Part shown: in pieces, positions 11,486-22,884 of the stretch
Numbering within the stretch: the stretch's first letter is position 1
Layout: every line of letters begins with the position of its first letter
Assembly (NCBI GenBank): GCA_002269645.1
Contig: NIVC01001319.1
Location: 186,001 to 250,000 of the forward strand
Direction of reading: 5' to 3'
DNA length: 64,000 nucleotides
From: Macrostomum lignano
Lineage: Eukaryota
Program-made: the position numbers and the translations under genes
The notes under the pieces: model-generated
What the model saw: only the letters and a program-made list of their open reading frames with translations
Databases searched by the model: none
What the model was told of the DNA's origin: nothing

Positions 11486-12549
11486 TGATGTGGTCCTTAT
11501 TACCCGACTTTTGGTAATCAAAGAACACTCACTTCTAGCTCAGTAGCTAGGCAACCCAGTACGTCAACAGAAGGTATTCAATTACCTTGAGTCCTTAACT
11601 GAGAGCTCTCGTCAATACTCCTTGTTCGTTGATCTCGTTATCAGTAGCGTTCCTGTCCTTCAGGAATTCCGGGCGCCGGTCAACAGTTGATCTGGTCCGC
11701 TCTTGCAATTGTCTCCTTGACTTCTTGCCGGCCGGTTATCTGTAGTTCGGACCAATCGGAAGCTTCCAAGTTAACAATGGGGATCCCTGCGCCAAACTGC
11801 GGTTTAATATAAGCCTACTCCTTCTAGCAGTGCCTCTATGCACTCTAGGTATGGCTCCGGAAACCACTGATAGTCCTTTAAGATCTATCAGGGGCAGTCC
11901 TTCTGGAGACTGCAACCAATGGAGTCTAAACAGACTCAAGAGTCTCAACAGACCCAAATAGACTCAAGTCTCAATAGACTTGAGCGAGACGTCTCTAACA
12001 CAACAGGCGCAAATAAGGAAGGCTTACCGCAACAACTCGACTAGTCTTCTGTAGGAAGTCCTGTAGTGGCTTCCTCTTCGGAGCTCTTCTCCTTCCGGAG
12101 GAATTGTGGCTCCGGGTCCGTTCCGGACCACTTGTATTTATAGGCGTTCAGACCTCTCTCGAGGTCGTACATCACTGTCTTCGCAAATGTCAAAGGGTCA
12201 CGATTCGGTGGCTGTCAAGCATGACAGGGTAGAAAGTTGTGCAACTAGTCTACTGTAAAAGCGCATGATTGGTTACCGTAGCTGGTAGACTTTGATTGGT
12301 TCATCCGGGTGCAACCCGAGTGCAAACCAAATGATGACTTGAAGGTGGGGTTTGAATTGACAGTTGTTGGTCGCACGTGATTGGGTGATTTCTAAAATTA
12401 GCATGCTCGAGATTTCTCTCTTTCTATTGGTTAATTCGAAAATATGTATGGTTCAGCGCATATCCTTATACATGCTCCTCAAATTACTACTATTTAAGTA
12501 GTACGTTAACAATTTTAAATAACTTTTCTGGGAGATATAATACTCTACA
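11486..12549 (-). mobile_element. Solo LTR (1064 bp)
   Basis: TG...CA ends with GTGT TSD (11482-11485 and 12550-12553); several CCAAT boxes and TATAAATA on the minus strand; the flanks rejoin into a sequence resembling the uninterrupted copy near 12833-12925. Confidence 0.72.
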
Positions 12550-13059
12550 GTGTATATGTAACGGTCATTCTTTCTAATGACATGCTAGGGCGAAAATAAA
12601 TTACACTTCGAATATTTCATGGCATTAGAATATTCTGTTCACAAAACTTTGTACTGGTGCGGTACACAAACTTATGCAGATGCCAGGCCGTAGGGTTGGT
12701 TTTAAGGTTAGGCTTATAGGGTTAGTGCTCAGATTGGCGTTAGGGCTACGGTTAGGGCTAGGGTTTGCTTATGACTTAGTTCATTTAGCTTACTAATTAA
12801 AAATGTATTCCATTCTTTGTTCGCTTTGTATGCAAGTATGAAATGGTACATTCTTTGTAATGACATCCTATGGCGGAAATGAATTTTACTTCAAATATTT
12901 CACGTCATTAGAACATTATGTTATCAAAACTTTTCACTGGTGTTTCATCTTTTCAAAAGTCCGAAAAAATAAATAAGTCTATCACGGATTTTAATCAAAA
13001 GTCAAAAAACGTGCAATAAATTGTTACTATTTAATTATTGAATTGTTAGAATTGTTAGT

Positions 13060-13525
13060 CTATTTTCGTTCTTTGCATCTGCTGCTGCGGTGGCTGCTGC
13101 GGCTACTGTTTCTGCGGCTGCTGTTTCTGCGGCTGCTGTTTCTGCGGCTGCTGTTGCTGCGGCTGCTGTTGCTGCGGCTGCTGTTGCTGCTGTAATTGGC
13201 GGGCGGCGGCCTTCATAGCGTTGCAGCTGGCAACGCGGTGGCGGCCTCCGCAGAAGAAACAAACGACTGGCAATTAAAAGAGAGGAACATTTTTGCAAAT
13301 TTATCAGTAATAATACGAGTAGCATAAAAGTCAGGAACAGGCTACAAATAAATAAAATTTAAGACTATACTCGAATGTACTCAAAGCTCAAGATTTACAG
13401 TGTCTTAGGATGGTACTCACTGCTCTTTCCGCGTGGGCCGCCACTGCCGCGCTGCCAGCCGCCACGCCGACCGCCGCCGCGCCGACCGCCGCCGCGCCGA
13501 CCGCCGCCGCGCCGACTGCTGCCGC
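13060..13525. repeat. Two GC-rich 15-bp microrepeats
   Basis: (gcggctgctgttkct)n at about 13060-13195 and (ccgccgccgcgccga)n at about 13460-13525. Confidence 0.8.
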
Positions 13526-14559
13526 CGAATATTTGAGTTATATTCATTTTTTATAACTATAAATTACATTTATTCAGCAGTCTAAATATATCTAATATAC
13601 TTAATGAGCGTATTTTTTGTATATATAGGCACTGAAACTGAGTTGTAGGGCGAATAAAATAAGGGTTATGGGTTGTGAGTCGTCGCTTCAGCAGTTGTCG
13701 TATCAGTCTGCTGTGGAGAGTGTGGCTTCGCTGAGCCTTAGGGTGGTTTTCTGTACAAGTCTGTACAAGTGGCAAAAAATCATGTAAGCATCATGCAAAA
13801 ACTCGTGAACAAAATATTAAATTTAGGGTTATGGTTAGGGTTAGGGTTAGAAGTTTAACAGGATATTTTTTTAAGATTTCAAGGCTTAGCTACATGTAGC
13901 TTATTAAAAAACGTGTATTGCATTTCTTTTGCTCCCCAACCGGGGGCGTTGATTTGCTAATCAGATATACTGGTACTAAAAATGAAAACTATTTTTAGTA
14001 TATATAGTATATAAAATATATATATATATTCATCAGATATACTAAAAATGAAACCTATATATGTGTGTCAATTGGTGCCATGTATAAGAGTCGTCATATC
14101 TCGCCATGTAAAATAGCCGTCTTCTCGTTTAGGCGAATGCGTTGTCCAATTTTCTTCAAATTTGCACTATTCAATCAGAAATTTGCGCGTCTCGGTACAT
14201 GCATCGTGGCTAAGAAATTTCTCGATGCTAAAGGCATTAAATATTCGAAAAACATGCTTTTTTGCAAAGGTCAAGTAGCTCTTTCGTCTTGAAAAACAAT
14301 GTAAAAATGCTAGAGAAAAAACTGACTGGTTGAATGCTGATTCTGAAATAGATTGCGTCACAGCTGAATTGTAACTCTGCGTGGAAGCATTGCACGAGAC
14401 TAGCTAGATTTAGATTGCGTAAATATATTGTTGTCTTTAATTGAAACTGATACAGGCTGCCTGAGAAATAGATTATGTCAAAACTGCTATGCTTAGAGCA
14501 TTGAAATTGTTGATTTTATATATAAGTTATAAAATTCATGTTATCAAAACGATGGAAGC

Positions 14560-14611
14560 TAGCCTAGAGGTGAACAGACTGAACTGTAAATGCAGCGGCG
14601 TGGGTTCGAAT
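14560..14611 (+). promoter_or_regulatory. tRNA-derived Pol III A/B box relic (minus-strand copies near 51255-51305, 54965-55020, 58785-58840 and 62895-62950)
   Basis: TAGCCTAGAGG (A box) ... GGTTCGAAT (B box) at tRNA-like spacing. Confidence 0.55.
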
Positions 14612-14739
14612 TATTATAGTCTAGAAGTTTTTTATTAATTTTTTAACGTAAGAAATCTAAAGAAAATTTTAAAAAGCGTCAGATAAAAAAGAAGAAGCCT
14701 CATGTAAGCCCCAAAAAATAAAATCAAAGCAGCTTTGCA

Positions 14740-16325
14740 AAAATCTCATAGCAATAATCCCATAGAAATCATCTCATAGAAGCTTTGTAAAAATCTTATA
14801 GCAATAATCTCATAGAAGCTCCTCAATAGTCACATAGAAGCTTTGCAATAATCTCATAGAAGCTTCGCAAAAATCTCAGCAATAATCTCACAGAAGCTTT
14901 GCAATAATCTCATAGAAGCTTTACAATAATCTTATAGAAGCTTTATCATGGCAGTTCTTCAATAATCTCATAGAAGCTCTCAGATAATTTCATAGCAGCT
15001 CCTCAGTATTCTCATAGTAATAATCTCAAAGCAGCTTTGCAATAATCTCATAGCACCTTCGCAATAATTTCATAGCAGCTCTTCGATAATCTCATAGCAA
15101 TAATCTCAGAGCAGCTTCGCAAAAATATCAAAGAAATAGTCTCATAGCATCTTTGCAATAATCTCATAGCAGCTTTGCAATAATCTCATAACAGCTTTGC
15201 AATAATCTCATAGCCGCTTTGCAATAATCTCATAGCAGCTTTGCAATATCCTCATAGAAGCTTTGCAATAATCTTATAGCAGCTCTTCGATAATCTTATA
15301 GCAGCTCTTCGATAATCTCAGCAAAAATCTCACAGAAGCTTTGCAAAAATCTCATGGCAATAATCTCATAGCAGCTTACCAAAAATCTCATAGCAGCTTC
15401 GCAATAATCTCATAACAATAGTCTCATAGAATCTTTGCAATAATCTCATAGCAGGTTTGCAATAATCTCATAGCAGCTTTGCAATAATTTCATAGCAGGT
15501 CCTCAATAATCTCACAGCAGCTTTACAATAATCTCATAGAAGCTTTGCAATAATCTCATTGCAGCTCTTCAATAATTTTATAGTAGCTTTTCAATAATCT
15601 TATAGCTGCTTTTCACTGATGTTATAGTAGCTTTTCAATAATTTCAAAGTTGCAATAATCTCATTGCAGCTCTTCAACAATCTCATAACAGCTCTTCAAT
15701 AATCTCATAGCAGCATCTCATAGCGGCTCTTCAATAATCTCATATTAGCCTTTTTAATAATCCTATTGCAGCTGCTCAATAATCTCCTAGCAGTTTTGCA
15801 ATTATCTCATAGCATCTTTTCAATAATCTCATAACAGCTCTTCAAAAATCCCAAAGCAGCTTTGCAATAATCTCATAGCAGCTCTTTAATGATTTCATAG
15901 TAGATTTTTAATAATCTTATAGCAGCTGCTCAATAATCTCATAGCAGAATCTCATAGCAGCTCTTCAATAATCTCATAATTGCAATAATCTCATTGCAGC
16001 TCTTCAATAATCTCATAGTAGCTTTTCAATAATCTTATAGCTGCTTTTCACTGATGTCATAGTAGCTTTTCAGTAATCTCATAGTTGCAATAATCTCATT
16101 GCAGCTCTTCAATAATCTCATAGTAGCTTTTCAATAATCTCAAAACAGCTTTGAAACAATCTCATAGCGGCTTTGTAATAATCTCATAGCATCTTTTCAA
16201 TAATCTCATAGCGGCTTTGTAATAATCTCATAGCATCTTTTCAATAATCACATAGTTGCTTTGCAGTAATCTCGTAGTTGCTCTCCAATTATCTCATAAC
16301 AGCTTTGCAATGATCTCATAGCAGC
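14740..16325. repeat. ~21-bp satellite C
   Basis: Consensus aataatctcatagcagctttgc. Confidence 0.92.
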
Positions 16326-16329
16326 TCTT

Positions 16330-18650
16330 TAAGAGAGAATTTATGAGATGTCAAGTCTTGGTGGGAACTGCTCAGATGCTAAGGCTTAAGAAAGAATTGC
16401 TTATATGTCAAGTCTTGAGGGGGAAAATTGTTGAGATTTCAAGACTTAGTGGGAGAATTGCTGAGATATCAAGGCTTAAGAGGGAATTGCTGAGATTTCA
16501 AGGCTTAAGAGGGAGTTGCTGAGATGTCAAGGCTTGGAGGGGAAATTGCTAAGAGTTCAAGGTTTATGAGAGAACTAACAACCAATTCCCCCTTTAAGGA
16601 AAGAAAAACACGCTTTTAGTTTATTTGGAAATTAAAAAGTATTAAACGCCTCAAATACAACACACTATGTTCTTGCCTAGATAAATTAAATTTCATGTCT
16701 ATCGTAAGAAGCTTCGAGCGTTTAGGTAGTTTATTCAATAATTTTTTTTGAAATTTGAAATTAGAAAAGAATTCTTGCACTAGATAATAAAGTAATTATG
16801 GTACTAGTTGATGAAATTGTTTCACTATCTTGCTTGGGGTACTTTCTATCAGGGGATGCTTGCTATCGGAAGGACGCTTGCTCTTGGGGGATGCTCAGGA
16901 GAGATTGCTGAGATGTCAAGTCTTGGGGATTATCAATAATTGCTGACCCGTTGGATTTTGATTTTCTAAAGTAGGCATAAAAGGTGAAGAGTTTTGCACC
17001 TTCTGCCTCACTTTCGCCTCTTTTAAGCCTATTTTGTTTCACTTGTGCAATGCATGTTCACCTGAGTGCCTCTGCAGGGTCAAAAGGTGAATTTAAAGCA
17101 GGCATAGGTGTCATAGGGGAATTAGGTGCATTAAAGGTGCACAGTGTGCATTGGAGGCACAAAAGGTGAACAAAGTAGGAATTGGGGGTATTGGTGGAGT
17201 GAAAAGTGAACAAAAGGTGCGCCGCGGTGAAGGTGCCTACCTAGTGCCTGACCCCTTCACCGATTTTACACCTTTCATGCCTCTATTCAAAAATATTGGT
17301 GACATCTAGGCATAAAAGGTGCACTCAGGTGCATTTCTAAAACATGAACGAAATAGGCCACCAACGTGCCTCTTTTGTGCACCTCTCTCACCTTTTATGC
17401 CTACACAGGTGCATAAATTTTCCAACGGGTGAGATTTCAAGGCTTCAGATTGAATTGCTAAGATGTCAAGACTTACTGGGGGAATCGCTAAGATGTCAAG
17501 GCTTAAGAGGGAATTTTTGAAAAAAGTGAAAGCTTTTGGGGAATTTCTGAGATGTCTAGGCTTAGGGGGAATCGCTGAGATTTCAAGGCCTAAGAGGGAA
17601 TTTCTGAAATGTCAAGGCTTTTGGGGAATTCCTGAGATGTCAAGGCTTAAGAGGGAATTGCAGAGATGTCATGAAATATCAAGGCTCAAGAGGGAATTGC
17701 TGAGATGTCAAGGCTCAAGAGGGAATTGCTGAGATGTCAAGGCTCAAGAGGGAATTGCTGAGATGTCAAGGCTCAAGAGGGAATTGCTGAGATGTCAAGG
17801 CTCAAGAGGGAATTGCTAAGATGTCAAGGCTTAAGAGGGAATTTTTGAAAAAAGTGAAAGCTTTTGGGGAATTTCTGAGATGTCTAGGCTTAGGGGGAAT
17901 CACTGAGATTTCAAGGCCTAAGAGGGAATTTCTGAAATGTCAAGGCTTTTGGGGAAATCCTGAGATGTCAAGGCTTAAGAGGGAATTGCAGAGATGTCAT
18001 GAAATATCAAGGCTCAAGAGGGAATTGCTGAGATGTCAAGGCTCAAGAGGGAATTGCTGAGATGTCAAGGCTCAAGAGGGAATTGCTGAGATGTCAAGGC
18101 TCAAGAGGGAATTGCTGAGATGTCAAGGCTCAAGAGGGAATTGCTGAGATTTCAAGGCTCAAGAGGGAATTGCTGAGATGTCAAGGCTTAAGAGGGAACT
18201 TCTGAGACGCCAAGTCTTGTGGGGAATTTCTGAGATATCAAGGCTTAAGAGGGAACTTTGCAGATGTCAAGGCTTATGGGGGAATTGCTGAGATGTGTAA
18301 GCTTAGGGGGAATTGCTGAAATTCAAGGCTGAAGAAGGAGCTGCTGAGATGTCAAGGCTTGGGGAGGAATTCCTGAGATTTCAAGTCTTGGGGGATTGCT
18401 GAGATGTGTAGGCTTGGGGGAATTACTGAGAGGTCAAGTCTTGAGGGATTGCTGAGATTTATAGGCTTGGGGAAATGACAGAAATGTCAAGGCTTAAAAG
18501 GTAATTGCTGAGATGTCAAGGGGAGATCATGATTTATTGAGGGAATTGCTGAGATGTCAAGGGGATATCATGATTTATTGAGGGAATTGCTGAGATGTCA
18601 AGTCTTAAGGGAATTGCTGAGATGTCAAGGGTGAGATCATGATTTATTGA
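16330..18650. repeat. ~29-bp satellite, interrupted by a MITE, with a 358-bp higher-order duplication
   Basis: Unit gagatgtcaaggctcaagagggaattgct; the block at 17463-17820 is repeated from 17821. Confidence 0.9.
16947..17429. mobile_element. MITE (CACTA/CMC- or Harbinger-like) inserted in the satellite
   Basis: TIR CCCGTTGGA...TCCAACGGG, subterminal taggcataaaaggtga inverted motif, 3-bp TSD TGA; removing it restores the satellite unit ttgctgagatttcaaggc. Confidence 0.82.
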
Positions 18651-19128
18651 AGTTGGCATGAATTGTCGAGGGGACGACATGGTTTTTCGAGAGGATAGCA
18701 GAAGTTATTTAGCAGGTAGGACGATTTTAAAGGGAGTAGCTTGACATATTGAGGGAACGACATGATGCGTTCTAGATTTATAGGTAAAGCATGAAATGTC
18801 GAGGTGATCTCTAGAAAAAAAGATTTTCATTTTTAGTATATAGGAATTTCCGGATAAAGCGTTTCCGGGGGATAGTTTGAGATTTTCTGGTATATCGTGA
18901 GAGTTCCAGCAGATTGCATGTGATGTGATTTTTCAAGGGGTAGCCCGATTTCGAGAGAATGGCATGCCAGTTCGTGGAGAGAGCAGGGATATCAATGGAA
19001 AATTGCAAGAGATAGCTAGATAGATATATCGATGGGCTGGCTAGAGATGTCAATAGATAGCAGTGGATTTCAAGAGATAGCTACAGATATCAAAGGGATA
19101 GCAAAAGTTATTTAAGGCATAGTATAAG

Positions 19129-19590
19129 AGTAGTATGAATTTATGCAACTCTGCCGCACTTGCACTGCGGAGATAGGCAGTAATGTAAAAGGATAGGAGG
19201 GCGTAAAAGAGCCAGCTGAGATAGCCAATGGAAATAAGGGGCGTGGGGTAGGTGTGCGATTGGCTGGGTGGTGAAACGCTTATGCAGCTCTGCCGCACTG
19301 GGGGAGGCAGGTAGAAAGCAAAGATTTGGAAGGTTTTGGAATAGCAGAGTAAACAAATTAAAAACAAGGTAGGCATGGCGTGAAAACGTCCACCTCAATT
19401 TGTGCCTGGCCTATGCAACTCCTCGGCGTCCCCACTGTGCTTATCCTATAGCATGTCTATGCAACTCTGCCGCACTATTTGTCAGTGGAGTGAAGTAGAT
19501 AAGAGAGAGGCTCTGGTCTTCTTGGGTGTCTGCCTCTGACCCCCTGGCATTGTTATTAAATGAGCAATAAACTTAAAAGGGTTGTGTGGC
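19129..19590 (+). repeat. Left TIR of the outer Maverick
   Basis: Reverse complement of about 37915-38377; contains four tatgcaactctgccgcact-like motifs. Confidence 0.9.
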
Positions 19591-19771
19591 TGATGCCGAC
19601 GAGCAGCCGCTGCTTGATGCCGAATGAGCAAAAAATGGGGTGGGTGCTCATTCTGACACCCACCCCACTCCGCTTTGAGGGTATATAAGCCCCCGATTTT
19701 TAAATTCAACGGTAAATCTATTTTTTCTTGAATTCGATTTCACAAGTTTTTCACAAGATTTTGTGTGAACT

Positions 19772-20503
19772 ATGGATATTAGTGAAGGTTACAGAGTGCA
19801 GGTCGAAGAATTCGAAGGCCAGGAATACATTGCGATCAGGAAGTTTTACCGACATGGCAGCACAGCAAGCCTCAAGCCTGGTGTTCCTGGTTTCAACTTG
19901 AATGTGCAGCAGTGGACGAAGCTAAAGGAGTCAAAGCGCTCCCTGGTGAAGTCGGCTCTGAATAACGAGGTCAAGGTCATCAAGCTGGGCTTGGACAAAT
20001 TTGTTCAAGTCAAGGATGGCCTCATCTGGCTGAAGCGGCTGCCTGAGGACTGCTGTGATGAATTTATGAAGCGCAACACCGTGCCGCTGTCTCCGAGGCT
20101 CTGGCAGAAGCTGTGGCAGACTTCGGACTGGATAGACCAGCAGCCATCAGAGCCCTACCAAGGCGCGGGGGCGAAGTACGATCTGAGCTCATCCGAAGAT
20201 GAGAACGAAGACGCCACCGTCATACTGCCAGTCAAAACTGAGGCTGCTGAAGGCGAGGAGAAGGTCGGCTCACCATCGGAGATGACAACCGACATCGAGG
20301 CTGTGACTTCCACACCTTTGGCCAGAGCCGGCACATCGACTGGGAACATCCCGGCGGAGGACACGGACCTGCAGCAGGATCCCGTGTGGTACCGATTCCG
20401 GGCTCATGCCGCTGAGGTGGAGAACAATCGGAAGCGGAAACTGCCATATCCTCTGCGCAGGCAGGAAACAATGAAGGTGTCTAAGCTGCGTTTTGAAGAC
20501 TGA
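19772..20503 (+). CDS. PC4/Sub1-like ssDNA-binding protein with acidic tail
   Basis: VQVEEFEGQEYIAIRKFY...KPGVPGFNLNVQQWTKLK matches the PC4 pattern; TATA-like gtatataag at about 19682; ORF intact. Confidence 0.75.
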   Translation: MDISEGYRVQVEEFEGQEYIAIRKFYRHGSTASLKPGVPGFNLNVQQWTKLKESKRSLVKSALNNEVKVIKLGLDKFVQVKDGLIWLKRLPEDCCDEFMKRNTVPLSPRLWQKLWQTSDWIDQQPSEPYQGAGAKYDLSSSEDENEDATVILPVKTEAAEGEEKVGSPSEMTTDIEAVTSTPLARAGTSTGNIPAEDTDLQQDPVWYRFRAHAAEVENNRKRKLPYPLRRQETMKVSKLRFED

Positions 20504-21015
20504 GCTGGAGGTTGGATAAGACTGATGAGACTCAATGGATAATTCAGTTCTGTTTGATTTTGTCTAATTTTATTCAGCTAAGTAAGGTTTTGACAATTTT
20601 TGTAACCATTTAGTCTTATTTATTCAGGTGTTAACAAAACAAATTTATAAATGCATGCAGTTTATACTTATTTGCACTACTCAATGCTATTATTTCCTGC
20701 AATCTTCTTTTCAAGATAATCAACTGTTCGCAGTCCCCCGAGTTAAAAATATAATAAGTGTACACTTTATGAGTTGAATAAATGTCTAAATGAATAAATA
20801 AAGTAAATTGATGTAACCGCCCTTGTCGCCTGTCCGCTCCGTAGAGAGACGAACGCATGACCAGAGGGGGCAATGACCGTAGGCTGCCTATGACCGGGCA
20901 ATGACCTGACGGACCTCCAGCACCAGAATGTCTCGCCCACATGATTGATAGCTTTGGTAGCGCTTTGTGACCAGAGGGCCAAGGACCCACATGGACCCCA
21001 CCTGTAGCCAAGGTG

Positions 21016-21311
21016 AGTAGTATACGTTTGTACGCTTCTAGACCCAGAGCCCCTAATCAAACAGGCGATTTGAAGGGCTAGAGGGGGGACACGAGGGGGG
21101 ACCAAAAAACACATCTAAACACCCTCAACACAATTAAAACACCCCCAATACCCCCAACACCCCCAACACTACACAATACTACTAACACTACCCAATACTA
21201 CTAACACTTCCAAACAATTCCCTCGCGTCCCCCCATTATTAGCCCTTCAAATCACCCGTTTGATAAGTGACGGATCTAGAAACGTACAAATGTATACTAC
21301 TACTTATAACC
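21016..21311 (+). repeat. Left TIR of the inner element (itself a fold-back)
   Basis: Reverse complement of about 29358-29657; the ~65-bp arms at its two ends are mutually inverted. Confidence 0.9.
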
Positions 21312-22053
21312 CCAGGCTTATTAACCTATCACTTTCATCTACGATCCTAATATAAATTGATTGGACTCTATATTGATTTAAAGGATAATATATTGGGGTT
21401 TGGGGTGCAACAATTATTTTCTCTCCAATTGGAACAGCAAGAAACGGGATTGAATAAATGATTCCACGTTGAACCAAAACTCCATTATCATCTGTTATAT
21501 AACCGCCGTTTGAAAGGTCGGTTGTTATATTAATTGTATTGACTCCACCCTCAATGTTTCCCACCGTATCGCCGGTGCTTGATGTGGTAACTATTCGGGA
21601 ATTAAATCCAAGTATGGTTCTGAGTGAATTTGCAATTGTGAAATCAACCTGATATCCAGATCCTAGTGATAGGGTGAATCTGCCAGATGGTAAATCAACC
21701 CCTATAACAATTGCGCCTGCTACCCAATCACCATTAGCTGTTAATTCTCCTTCTATATAAGCATTCAAGTCAGTATAGCTATAAGCCCCCGGATTAACAC
21801 CAAATGTTGTCCAATTAGCTTCTGAATCTTTAGAATATTTAAATTGATTATTTGTTGCATTAATTAATTGAGGCATGTTAAAAACCGAAAATAGTATCAA
21901 ACCAATTTGATAACTTAGGCTTTGATCGAGTTGTAACGGATCGAGCAATTGAATCCGTTGCTCGCTGCTTGTCATTATAAACTGTAAGGTTGTACTAAAT
22001 TTTGAATTAGTTCGATCTACCAATTGTTTTATAGTGTCTAATTTTGTTGCCAT
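21304..22053 (-). CDS. Minor capsid (penton-like) protein
   Basis: LDPLQLD...YQIGL...PGAYSYTDLN...PIYYPL...IYIRIVDE pattern of Polinton minor capsids; adjacent to the ATPase and MCP; stop codon falls inside the TIR. Confidence 0.72.
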   Translation of the reverse strand: MATKLDTIKQLVDRTNSKFSTTLQFIMTSSEQRIQLLDPLQLDQSLSYQIGLILFSVFNMPQLINATNNQFKYSKDSEANWTTFGVNPGAYSYTDLNAYIEGELTANGDWVAGAIVIGVDLPSGRFTLSLGSGYQVDFTIANSLRTILGFNSRIVTTSSTGDTVGNIEGGVNTINITTDLSNGGYITDDNGVLVQRGIIYSIPFLAVPIGEKIIVAPQTPIYYPLNQYRVQSIYIRIVDESDRLISLGL

Positions 22054-22071
22054 TTTTATAGTGGGAAAGCT

Positions 22072-22833
22072 TTAATCCTCGTCCTCATTATCTTCTTTTA
22101 TAAGATCTTTTAAGATTCGATTTTTTCTTTCTAACCTAGGGTTGATATATATGTGTTTGTATTGACTATCATCCCAAATTTTTTTACACATGCTTTTGAA
22201 TGGTTTTGCATCCAACCCTGGATTAAATCTCGCGTGTATATTTTATAGATCATAGTTATCTAAATCAAACATTACACAACAGCTAGCATTCTTTTTTATA
22301 ATCGATTCTAATTCTCTAAAGGACTGTGTTAGATAAAAAGCCCCAATTCCATCTCCTCTGCCACTAACAAAAATATCCTTTTGCAATTCTTGATCGCCGT
22401 CGTTAATACAATCATCAAAAATAATTAGTGTTTTATCATGTTTTGGAATTTGATCATAGGATAATCGGGTTGATACTCTAACAGTTGGAGAATTGTTGTC
22501 TATATTTTCTGGATCTTCTGCCGTTGTTTTACATAAATCCTCAATGTCTGCTAGATTAAATCGCGGTTCGTCATCATCCTCATATTGCTCATAAGCTCTT
22601 AACATTCTAAACAAGATATCTTTTTTTAATTTGTTTTTTATTCCATGTTTAAGAAATTCATAATATTTTATTCTAGGTTTGTTAGTATATATTAATAAAT
22701 TATTATAGTCTAACATTCCATCGGTTGTTAACAGGTCATAAACAAAGTGTGCTTTTCCTTTACCCGACCCACCAATTACTAAACAAAGAAAAGGATCGTT
22801 TGGAAATATTTTATTATGTTTTGCTTTTACCAT
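22072..22833 (-). pseudogene. A32/FtsK-like packaging ATPase with an internal nonsense codon
   Basis: Walker A-like GGSGKGKA, Walker B LIIFDD, TQS motif; TAA at 22243-22245, then the same frame continues NIHARFNPG...EDED to the stop at 22072. Confidence 0.88.
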
Positions 22834-22884
22834 TTTTAAGGATATAATTTAAATAGGCTCGACGGTCGGAGACCTGCACTCATT

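Larger units (their letters stand above)
13961..18700 (+). mobile_element. Non-autonomous Helitron-like unit carrying satellites (plus-strand member of the 48.7-64 kb family); right end approximate
   Basis: Starts TCAGATATACT...AAAAATGAAA directly after a hairpin+CTAA 3' end of a preceding unit; core 14100-14700 is the reverse complement of the cores at 51.2-52.2, 55.1-55.8 and 58.9-59.3 kb. Confidence 0.65.

Noticed and set aside
14560-14611. Functional tRNA gene
   Set aside because: A and B boxes are present but no complete cloverleaf or acceptor stem could be built
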